Of a stretch of 64,000 nt of DNA, positions 56,005-64,000 are shown one piece after another. Numbering within the stretch: the first letter of the stretch is position 1; each line of letters starts with the position of its first letter. The notes beneath the pieces are model-generated. The model saw nothing but the letters and a program-made list of their open reading frames with translations, did not search any database and was not told the origin of the DNA. A program made the translations under genes and the position numbers. The DNA comes from a virus, in the IMG/VR virus record IMGVR_UViG_3300029319_008653, positions 29,040 to 93,039 of that record, one strand, 5' to 3'.

Positions 56005-57336
56005 TTAACCTACAAAGAATAAAGGAGGCTCTGCATCTCCCATACCAGGAGCTCCTGTATATAACTTTTCTTCTAGAGCTGCTTTTTCTGCTAATCCCTG
56101 TGACATTAGATCATTATAATTTAACTGGCCTTGTCCAAATAAATTTACAGATCCATATTTACCTCTAATATTAGCTACGGTAATTTTAGTTAAAGCTAAA
56201 GCATATTGATAAACCCAATGTTCTTTAATTACATCTCTTATGGGTCGTTCAACTTGACAAGATACTACTCCGTAAAATCTCGCACCGTTACTACCTGATG
56301 AACGAGGTTGAGGATACATTCTTAATATTTGAGTTCTTTCATCAAAAGTATAACTTCTTTTAGTAGCAAGTAGCTTTTCTCTCATTTCGAGCCAATCTTT
56401 TAATATATACCAGCTAATTAAATCAAATCCATAGTTACCCATAGCATAACTAAAATATGTTTGCTGAGCTAATGTCTGTTCGATAGTAAATAGAGTATTA
56501 ATACCGGTAGTAGAGCCTTCCTCAAAATCTTGAACTGCTATTACTTTACGATAATCCATTACATCGTAGTCAAAGCTATTCATAAACCCTACCTCTTCAT
56601 ATTTCTTTTCACCTCTAATAGTAAATTCAGTCTTTTTGCTTTCAGTAAAATGAGATGATATAGCAGAAAATGCAGTAGTATTTGAGAATATATCATAAAA
56701 CTCCTGGGTTAATATCTGATTAACGAAAGTACCTTGCTTAAATGCTCCTGAAAGTGCCGATATATTAGCAGTAGTTGTATCAATCATACCTACACGGCCA
56801 TCTAAAGTACCACCTCCATCACCAACACCAAAGTAATAAGCCGGCATTGCACTTGTAGTTATATAGAGAGATTCTTTAGGTAGATTATCAGCTACAAACA
56901 AAGAACCACCTTCCTCTGCTGGATCTGTAGGCGATCTTAAATAAGTTGAAAAATCTTTAGATTCAACTGATTGACCTTGATACAATGCTTCATCTTTAGC
57001 TCTTACTGCAAGTTTTTCATCTCTTGTTACTGCACTAGATGGAGCTGAAGCAGTTGGATTTATTGACATTAAATGATCTAATCTAATTCCTTGATTTACA
57101 TTATATAAATTACTATCAAAGAGAAGATATTCCTGAGTATAACCTGCAAACTTTGTAAACATCTCTACTGCAAGCTGTATATTAGTATAGAGACTATCAC
57201 GATGTATTTCAATATTAATGAATGGATAGCCTAAAGTATGTAAGATTCTATCACTAACATCATTAAATGTATTAATCTTATTGTTCAGATTAGTACTCTG
57301 AAACGCTGATATTGGTTTTATTTCGCACTTTGACAT
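56005..57336 (-). CDS. gp13: neck protein
   Basis: LGYPFINIEI, WVYQYALAL.K...RGKY, PPLFFVG. Confidence 0.85.
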   Translation of the reverse strand: MSKCEIKPISAFQSTNLNNKINTFNDVSDRILHTLGYPFINIEIHRDSLYTNIQLAVEMFTKFAGYTQEYLLFDSNLYNVNQGIRLDHLMSINPTASAPSSAVTRDEKLAVRAKDEALYQGQSVESKDFSTYLRSPTDPAEEGGSLFVADNLPKESLYITTSAMPAYYFGVGDGGGTLDGRVGMIDTTTANISALSGAFKQGTFVNQILTQEFYDIFSNTTAFSAISSHFTESKKTEFTIRGEKKYEEVGFMNSFDYDVMDYRKVIAVQDFEEGSTTGINTLFTIEQTLAQQTYFSYAMGNYGFDLISWYILKDWLEMREKLLATKRSYTFDERTQILRMYPQPRSSGSNGARFYGVVSCQVERPIRDVIKEHWVYQYALALTKITVANIRGKYGSVNLFGQGQLNYNDLMSQGLAEKAALEEKLYTGAPGMGDAEPPLFFVG

Positions 57337-57372
57337 TAATATTATTTAAGTTTTAGCGCTTACTTTACTACA

Positions 57373-59142
57373 TTATGCTGGTGGTGGAGGTGCTTCAGGT
57401 ACGCTTGCGTCTGCATTAGCAACTTCTGGGGCTTCAGCATCAGTATCTCCTCCACCTGTATCTGCAGGTCCTCCTCCAAATGCTGGAGGTTCACCAGGTG
57501 CTGCTCCTACATCACCGCTAGCTACTGCCTCGCCAGGAGCTCCTTCAGCTTGAAATTGATCTTTCCAGTTTGGTCCAGCTGCTGCAATCTGTTGTAGCTC
57601 CCATTGAAATTCTGCATCCTTACGTAAAAATTCTCTATTAGCTTTGATCTCTGTTTCATTCCAGCCAAGATATCTCTTTTGAGAGTATGTAGCAGAAACA
57701 AATTCATTAGCTGCTAAGTTATTATAATTAGAAGCCTTTAATTCTAATTTCTGATTTTCTCTTAACTCATAGAAGTTAGTCGGTACATTAAATTCAATAT
57801 GAATATCTTGTTCTTTAATATCATATTTCTTTTTAAGTCCTTTTAATTCTAAATGAGTATAAAAACCATTCTTAAGACCACCTGCCATTTGCTGTTGTAA
57901 TCTAATAATAAATTTAGCAAACTTAAGCTCGTCTCTTAGCATCTCTAAACCATCAGATACATTACCGTCAGGATTAAGTCTATTTGTTGGTACTTTAAGA
58001 GATTTATAAAGCTTATTTACAAAATACATTAAGTCAGATAATTCACCTAAATTAGCACCACCAGCTATCTGTGTTACTGAAGTACCTTCTGAACCTGCTC
58101 TTTTAGCAAACCAGAAACTATCCAGCATAGATTGAGGATTAAATTTCTGAACTGCGCCCTCTTGATTTACATCAAAAGTTTTCTTTGACCAATATTGTTG
58201 TATAAGTTTTCTTAGATAAGCTTCAGCTTTAGGAGGCGACATATTACCTACATCAACGTTAAATATTAATCTCTCAGGAGCTCTTACTAATCTATAAATT
58301 ACAATTGCATCTTCAACTAAGGATAATTGACGATATGCTCTTCTAGCATTCTCTATAAATGGTAATCTAAAGGTTTTATCTTGATTCCATATACCAGAAT
58401 TGACATAAGTTATCTGATTCTGATCCATTGGAATAAGCTCCATCTTAGCTACCTTATCAGGCTTATTAGGGTCAAATATAGGCTTACGTAGTATATAACC
58501 TTTAATAAGCATATTTTGAATATTATCGTAGACTGAATCTACTAAATCAGTTGGTAAAGCTACTACACCTAAAATACCTTCTTTAGCATGCTTCTTATGT
58601 ATAATATGCTCCCAATATAATTCTCCTTCAACGAGTAGCTGTCTAAAGTACTCAAAACCTTTCTTTTCAAAGTTAAAGAAGTCTATATATTTTTCAAACT
58701 CTTTTTCAATTGTTAATTGATCTAACTCGCTTAGTTCTGTATTTCTAAATTCAAGATTAATTATATTACCCTTAGAATCAGGGTTAATAGTTTCATCGCA
58801 TATTTCATCTAAAGCATCTGATATCTCAGCAAAAGAAGCCATTACTCTATAATCACGTAAACGACCGCTTTTGTTCTCTTCAATATTAGCATATACTAAT
58901 TCAGCATACTGACCATCAGTACTAATTTGACCTGCAGCTATATTATTATATTCATTGTTATAAAATATAGATTGATTAGCAAGTGCTTCAGTTCTTCTTA
59001 CACCTGTATCTTGAAAGACGTCATATTTAGGATTTAATTCCTTCATCAAGTCCTGTGCATTAGGTGATTGATATGGTAGCTTATTAGCTATACTTTTAAA
59101 AATCCCTGACTGAAAAAATCCTCTTTGCTCTGAATCTGCCAT
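57373..59142 (-). CDS. gp20: portal protein
   Basis: EDAIVIYRLVRAPER.IF.VDVGNM, GGANLGE, LKVP, RDELKF. Confidence 0.95.
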   Translation of the reverse strand: MADSEQRGFFQSGIFKSIANKLPYQSPNAQDLMKELNPKYDVFQDTGVRRTEALANQSIFYNNEYNNIAAGQISTDGQYAELVYANIEENKSGRLRDYRVMASFAEISDALDEICDETINPDSKGNIINLEFRNTELSELDQLTIEKEFEKYIDFFNFEKKGFEYFRQLLVEGELYWEHIIHKKHAKEGILGVVALPTDLVDSVYDNIQNMLIKGYILRKPIFDPNKPDKVAKMELIPMDQNQITYVNSGIWNQDKTFRLPFIENARRAYRQLSLVEDAIVIYRLVRAPERLIFNVDVGNMSPPKAEAYLRKLIQQYWSKKTFDVNQEGAVQKFNPQSMLDSFWFAKRAGSEGTSVTQIAGGANLGELSDLMYFVNKLYKSLKVPTNRLNPDGNVSDGLEMLRDELKFAKFIIRLQQQMAGGLKNGFYTHLELKGLKKKYDIKEQDIHIEFNVPTNFYELRENQKLELKASNYNNLAANEFVSATYSQKRYLGWNETEIKANREFLRKDAEFQWELQQIAAAGPNWKDQFQAEGAPGEAVASGDVGAAPGEPPAFGGGPADTGGGDTDAEAPEVANADASVPEAPPPPA

Positions 59143-59185
59143 ATGTATATTTATTTAATACTAATTATCTAATAATAAAGATGTA

Positions 59186-60460
59186 TTAATATCCTTCCTT
59201 GGGTATAAACAATGATTTAACCGTACCGTTAATAACACCTAGAATAGATTTATTCATTGCTATTGGTAAAGGATCTACCTGTACATAAAATCCTATTGGG
59301 TATTCTAAGAATGTAGTTGGGTTACCTTTTGCATCAGCACCACTTGGAGCATCAGCAGAAAGATATGACTGAAATGATGAGTAATAGCCTGCGGTATTAT
59401 AAGGTACAAATGTTATTGATCCCTTACGATTTAAATATTCATTATCGATAGTAAAACTTAGAGTATTATCATCTACAATATTTAAATCTTGAACTATTTG
59501 ACCTGATATAGCAGGTCCTTGGCGGGTAAATGGTCCAACAGATGTTAAACCTCCGTTAGCAGTAAGAGTCGAGAGCCCCGTAAAGTCAGTACTACTTATC
59601 AAAACGTTATCAGTAAATCCTAAGCTAGTACCTTTCAATGTAATAGTAGCAAATTGATCTGATGTATCTACTAAAAGATCTTCCTGTAATAATACATTAT
59701 TATAAAATATGTCCGTTATATATGGTGAACCAGATACTTCAAATGAATCTGTAGCAGTAGAAGATAAAGCAGCTGCACCTGTCATAGATTCATAATCAGT
59801 AAGTATATCTTGAGCTATAAAATTGTTTTCAATAAAATATATATTGCCTGCAGGATCTTCAATATCTTTAAATAGCCATGCTTTAATAGTAAAAGAAGTA
59901 TCAGCTGTAACTCTAGCTTTTTGAGTTGAATTTAACTCAGTTGGATAATTCATAGATAGGTTACCATTCCATAATACTTCTGATCTAATTTCTTGATCAG
60001 CTGATAGACCAAATGCTTTAGGCATAAACCATGATATAATTACATACGGGTTACAAAATGGTACAAAGTTACTAACGATTTGATCTATATCGGTTTGATA
60101 TCTCGAAATTATAGAACAATTTAATTCAATATTAACTGGTATGGGAGGTTTAATATGAGTAGTTTGACTTGCTTTACCAGCTGGCGAATTATAATAAAAT
60201 CCATCTAACTTATTAAAAACACGATTTACATCTCTTGATATTGAAGTAATATTAACTGCAACTGCCGGTAGATCGATAGTTTTATTTTGATTTATTATAT
60301 CATGCATTACCCTTTGCTTAGGTGCATAAAGATATCGAACATGTATTTTATCTTGAATTTCTCTATTCTTGTTAAAACGTTTTATAACAATATCATCAAA
60401 CGCAGCAAGAAATTGTGCAATTACATCTTTAACTTCAAAATAATATGGATCGGCTTTCAC
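59186..60460 (-). CDS. gp15: tail terminator / sheath stabiliser with C-terminal extension
   Basis: F..AFDDI.I.R, YAPKQR, LP, P.P.NI, DQI. Confidence 0.8.
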   Translation of the reverse strand: MKADPYYFEVKDVIAQFLAAFDDIVIKRFNKNREIQDKIHVRYLYAPKQRVMHDIINQNKTIDLPAVAVNITSISRDVNRVFNKLDGFYYNSPAGKASQTTHIKPPIPVNIELNCSIISRYQTDIDQIVSNFVPFCNPYVIISWFMPKAFGLSADQEIRSEVLWNGNLSMNYPTELNSTQKARVTADTSFTIKAWLFKDIEDPAGNIYFIENNFIAQDILTDYESMTGAAALSSTATDSFEVSGSPYITDIFYNNVLLQEDLLVDTSDQFATITLKGTSLGFTDNVLISSTDFTGLSTLTANGGLTSVGPFTRQGPAISGQIVQDLNIVDDNTLSFTIDNEYLNRKGSITFVPYNTAGYYSSFQSYLSADAPSGADAKGNPTTFLEYPIGFYVQVDPLPIAMNKSILGVINGTVKSLFIPKEGY

Positions 60461-60468
60461 TTAATTAT

Positions 60469-60906
60469 TTAATCCCACGGAAAGACTAACCAGTCGTCAT
60501 TCTCGATAACATCTCCTGTAACCCCTCTTTTAAAATTTGTATCGTATCTTTGATACAACGAGCAGTATGTTACGCTTTTAATTTCATTATGATCAAAATG
60601 ATATCTAATATAATTATCTACAGAAGCAAAAGTTAATCCAGAATCATTAATATCATCTACTACTAACACATTTCCAGTTAATAAAGGATTATTATAATAT
60701 TGAATAGATTCTACATCGCGAGTTCTTACACCGAGCTGTTGTAAGTTAGGACAGTTTAATCTATAAGATAAAATAGTAGCAGGTACCATTCCCCCTCGAG
60801 CTAGTCCAAGAACTGTATCAAATCTAACAGACTCTAATCCATTAATAATATTAAGAATTTGATAATCAATATCTTTCCACTTAAGATATTTTTTAGTTTT
60901 TGGCAT
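60469..60906 (-). CDS. purine phosphoribosyltransferase (Gpt-like)
   Basis: LARGGMVPA, VLVVDDINDSGLT, WLVFPW. Confidence 0.9.
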   Translation of the reverse strand: MPKTKKYLKWKDIDYQILNIINGLESVRFDTVLGLARGGMVPATILSYRLNCPNLQQLGVRTRDVESIQYYNNPLLTGNVLVVDDINDSGLTFASVDNYIRYHFDHNEIKSVTYCSLYQRYDTNFKRGVTGDVIENDDWLVFPWD

Positions 60907-60923
60907 ACATTAATTATAATGTA

Positions 60924-61463
60924 TTATCTGCGTTTTGCAAGAGTAATTTTTCTCTTATATTGAGGCGTAAGCATTTGCTTCTTAACATCGTCTAATGCTT
61001 TAACTTTAGTAATGAACGCTGAGTACTTATCAGTTAACTTACCTATAACTGCATCCTCTTGCATAGCTTCATCATCTACTTCCATTACATCAGAGTACTG
61101 TTGTAGTTCTTGTTTAATAGCTTTTCTAAGATACTGTAAATCAGTTTTATATAATCCTACAATTACTATCTCTGGATTCTCAGGTGTTTCAATAGTTTGT
61201 TTAGATTTCATATCTATATAACCATGTAACTTTTTACCTTCATTATCAGATGATAAGTCTACTGAGGTAGCGATACGAGCATCAGATGCTTTACCTTTAT
61301 AACCTGCTAACCCGTCAAACTGTTTTAAATTTGAATTCCTTCTATCATACTTTGCAGGGTATTTTAAATTACCATTTGGATCGCGCTGCTGTTGCAAACC
61401 TATAGCATCTTGGTTAAGATACATCTCATTTATTTTTTTATCTTCTTCTCTATTAGCACCCAT
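60924..61463 (-). CDS. hypothetical late protein
   Basis: TATAAATA at 61469-61476. Confidence 0.6.
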   Translation of the reverse strand: MGANREEDKKINEMYLNQDAIGLQQQRDPNGNLKYPAKYDRRNSNLKQFDGLAGYKGKASDARIATSVDLSSDNEGKKLHGYIDMKSKQTIETPENPEIVIVGLYKTDLQYLRKAIKQELQQYSDVMEVDDEAMQEDAVIGKLTDKYSAFITKVKALDDVKKQMLTPQYKRKITLAKRR

Positions 61464-61486
61464 AACTTTATTTATAACCGCCTTAC

Positions 61487-61936
61487 TTATTTCTTTAGTT
61501 GATCGATATACTTTTCAACTAAGTCTTCCCATTCGATACATTCTAGTTCATACTTATTCTTTTTATAGTTATCGTTACCTTCTTCAATATCCTTCTCACT
61601 ATAATTCAATCGCTTACTAGATACATTTTGTAACTGAGACTGAACCCAATGTCTATATTCATGAACTAGTCCTTGAACGAAGTATATGCTTCTCTGCTTA
61701 GTAGACTTACAATCAGCAGCATTTAAAGCTACTTCAATCTCATCCTCTTCCCAAAAATACTGTGAACTAGCTCCAGATATTCCCTTAACCTTAATCTCAT
61801 AATAATAAGTCTTTCTCTTATTAACTATATTATTAGTAAGGAACATTAATAGATTTTCCAGCTTTCTGCGATCTATATTATATGTTCTAAGTTTTTGATT
61901 AACTTTCTTATCGCATCTCAGCTTAACAATTACCAT
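61487..61936 (-). CDS. putative zincin metallopeptidase
   Basis: HEYRH..Q, downstream YE.E. Confidence 0.65.
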   Translation of the reverse strand: MVIVKLRCDKKVNQKLRTYNIDRRKLENLLMFLTNNIVNKRKTYYYEIKVKGISGASSQYFWEEDEIEVALNAADCKSTKQRSIYFVQGLVHEYRHWVQSQLQNVSSKRLNYSEKDIEEGNDNYKKNKYELECIEWEDLVEKYIDQLKK

Positions 61937-62027
61937 ACTTATATTATATAGTAGTTCCCTCAGTTATCAATATTGCGTTTCCGGAATAGATATTAGAAGA
62001 TTAAGTTCCGGAGGAATAAGTACTTAG

Positions 62028-62468
62028 ATGTACACATACAAAGTTAAAGAAGTATTGAGAGTAGTCGACGGAGATACAGTTGATATATTAATCGATTTAG
62101 GATTTGGTCTTACAAAAAAGGAACGAGTTAGAGTTGCGGGAATAGATACTCCGGAGTCTAGAACTAGAAATCTTTATGAAAAATATCTCGGTAAAGAAGC
62201 AGCAGCATTCTTAGAAGAGGAACTAATGTTCGAAGACATTATAATAAAAACCGAAAAGGACGGCAAGTACGGACGTATGCTTGGATGGTTATATAAGAAC
62301 GGAGAAGATATTTCTATTCAGGAACGAATGATACATAAAGGGTACGGATGGTCGTACGACGGCGGTACCAAAGAAAAGTCTTTTGACGAACTAAAAGAGA
62401 AAAGAATAGCCGACGGATCTTGGACCTATGGTTCTGATCACGAGGACGTCGGTGGTGCTGAATCTTAA
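62028..62468 (+). CDS. thermonuclease (SNase-like)
   Basis: VVDGDT.D..IDLGF, R.AGIDTPE, KYGR. Confidence 0.9.
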   Translation: MYTYKVKEVLRVVDGDTVDILIDLGFGLTKKERVRVAGIDTPESRTRNLYEKYLGKEAAAFLEEELMFEDIIIKTEKDGKYGRMLGWLYKNGEDISIQERMIHKGYGWSYDGGTKEKSFDELKEKRIADGSWTYGSDHEDVGGAES

Positions 62469-62639
62469 TTACTGCTGAGCAAATTCAAACGAAGTATTTT
62501 TAACATCAGCTACTACTCGTTTAATTAATTCTAATTGCTCTACAGATATATCTTGACCGTGTGCAATAGCTTCACGCCCGATAGCGATAGGTAGCATGTC
62601 AAGCGCACCTAGTAAAAAGTTTAATTGTTTTGTATCCAT
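62469..62639 (-). CDS. 56-aa hypothetical protein (not in ORF track)
   Basis: MDTKQLNFLLGALDMLPIAIGRE...FAQQ fills the intergenic gap. Confidence 0.5.
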   Translation of the reverse strand: MDTKQLNFLLGALDMLPIAIGREAIAHGQDISVEQLELIKRVVADVKNTSFEFAQQ

Positions 62640-62673
62640 ACTATAATTTAATCTTTATTTTTAAATTAGCAAA

Positions 62674-63402
62674 TTACAATCCAAGATACTTTAAGAGTTC
62701 TAATTTCTTACTCTCTCGATTATCGCTAATATTATGAGAGGAGTGTTCCTTTCTCCATACATAAATACTTGTATCTCTTATTACATACATTTTATGTTCC
62801 GTATTAAATTCTTTATTTTTATCTAAAAATGATTCTACAAGCTGTACGTCCTGACCTTGCTTTGAATTAGGAAAATGAAAATCATAATTAATTCTCCCCA
62901 TATGTAAAGAGATAGCACCATGATGTACATCACTAATAAGAACGGAACGATCTGTCCAAATATTATCAACGCATTCAATAGTGCAGTCTTTAAAATTAAT
63001 ATTAGTATCTAATGCATCTTCATTATAGGATTGACCGTGAAGTATCTGAGCAGCATTTAATTGTTCAAATGCAGTTATGATTAATTTATTTCTATCCTTA
63101 TGAGTTAAATCGTCGCAATCTTGAAACGATATTATATCTGTATTACAATGATCATAAGCGATTGATCTATTTTTACCAGCTCGATAAGCGAAGGTAAATG
63201 TTTTTATAATAGGAACAATATCATTCTTATATAATAACTCTCTACATTTCTCTATTATATTATCATCATCTTCAGAAGAGTAATCACTTACTATAATAAT
63301 AACTTCTTTCGGCTTTACAGACTGCTTTAAAATATTCTCGATAGCAGAAGGCAAATAGCATACATGCCTTCCAGCTACAGGTATAGCATTAGTTAAAGTC
63401 AT
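62674..63402 (-). CDS. glycosyltransferase family 2
   Basis: IP..G, ILKQS..PKEVIII, GKNR, FQDCDD, GQD. Confidence 0.8.
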   Translation of the reverse strand: MTLTNAIPVAGRHVCYLPSAIENILKQSVKPKEVIIIVSDYSSEDDDNIIEKCRELLYKNDIVPIIKTFTFAYRAGKNRSIAYDHCNTDIISFQDCDDLTHKDRNKLIITAFEQLNAAQILHGQSYNEDALDTNINFKDCTIECVDNIWTDRSVLISDVHHGAISLHMGRINYDFHFPNSKQGQDVQLVESFLDKNKEFNTEHKMYVIRDTSIYVWRKEHSSHNISDNRESKKLELLKYLGL

Positions 63403-63417
63403 AAAAATATTTAACAT

Positions 63418-63800
63418 AGTTCCTGTATAAGGCCATTAAGATATTAGTATCGCGCCGCAGGCGCAAAAAAATTTTCCGCGCGCCATATGCCGCTCTTCGG
63501 CGGATAAACGTTAAAGTTCCTTAATATGTAATCGCGGAACAATCCCCAGAGAGGGAACAAATCGCAATAAACAATATGGGAACTATCTGATAGCTGATAT
63601 TCGGAACTATCTGAATATTTGTAAGAGGGAACTTATACGCCTTCGGCGTGCGCAGAAAAGGGAACTCCTATATAAGGGAACTATTTTTCGAGCTAAAAAA
63701 ATTTGGCATGGGGCCTCCGGTTCGGGAACTAAAGTTCTCTATACATAGAGAATATAAATGGCGTGCTCTCTCAGCGCGGGTTCTCTGCTGAGCGGGTTCC
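63418..63800. repeat. non-coding GC-richer region with about 11 GGAAC(T) repeats and hairpins
   Basis: No ORF; GGAACTATCTGA occurs twice; cUUCGg hairpins; AAAAAATTT tracts. Confidence 0.7.
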
Positions 63801-64000
63801 TTATATGAGAAGAAGGCCTTCTCTCGAAGACCTTTCTTGCTCTCTCTACTGCGCTTTCGGGCGCGCTATGGCTTTGCTTTGCCACTAGTTAACTAGCTAC
63901 CAGGTTTATACTCCCAGGGCCCAGATCGTATCAGGTTAGCATGCAACCTCCTCTTTATACTTAGCCTTTTTAACTTCGTCTATATACCAAGAGCGTTCTC

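Noticed and set aside
63420-64000. tRNA, CRISPR array or hammerhead ribozyme in the terminal non-coding region
   Set aside because: There is no cloverleaf or TTCGA arm in context, the repeats are 6-12 bp with irregular spacing, and there is no CUGAnGA core.
1-64000. Stop-codon reassignment
   Set aside because: Core genes are full length and tightly packed under the standard code.

Overview
This is an AT-rich, densely coding 64-kb segment of a large T4-like myovirus genome using the standard genetic code. It carries core T4-like genes (gp23, gp22, gp67-like, gp21, gp4, gp13, gp20, gp15, gp5-like spike, gp62-like, GroES/gp31, nrdA/nrdB, phoH, hsp20). Two large glycan islands (about 0.5-7.7 kb and 22.5-32.8 kb) encode many glycosyltransferases, NDP-sugar enzymes, ADP-heptose enzymes and an Arg-dependent amidinotransferase. 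A 7-deazaguanine pathway is dispersed across the window (folE2, queD, queE, queF, a TGT/DpdA-like gene; no queC seen), and queE is co-operonic with a speD/speD-like/speE polyamine set. Host-like genes (ferredoxin, DUF4032-like protein, beta-barrel OMP) suggest a Gram-negative, possibly Verrucomicrobiota, host; this is inference. The main unannotated signals are: (1) a lipoprotein ORF overprinted inside a holin-like gene, with a matching codon-usage switch; (2) a glnA-type glutamine riboswitch upstream of a YRG-repeat peptide; (3) near-leaderless promoters of two classes; (4) a GGAACT box at a fixed position in several promoters and arrayed in the terminal non-coding region; (5) a family of N-terminal capsid-targeting-like leaders, including one on a superoxide dismutase. 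All family calls come from motif recognition; no database searches were run.
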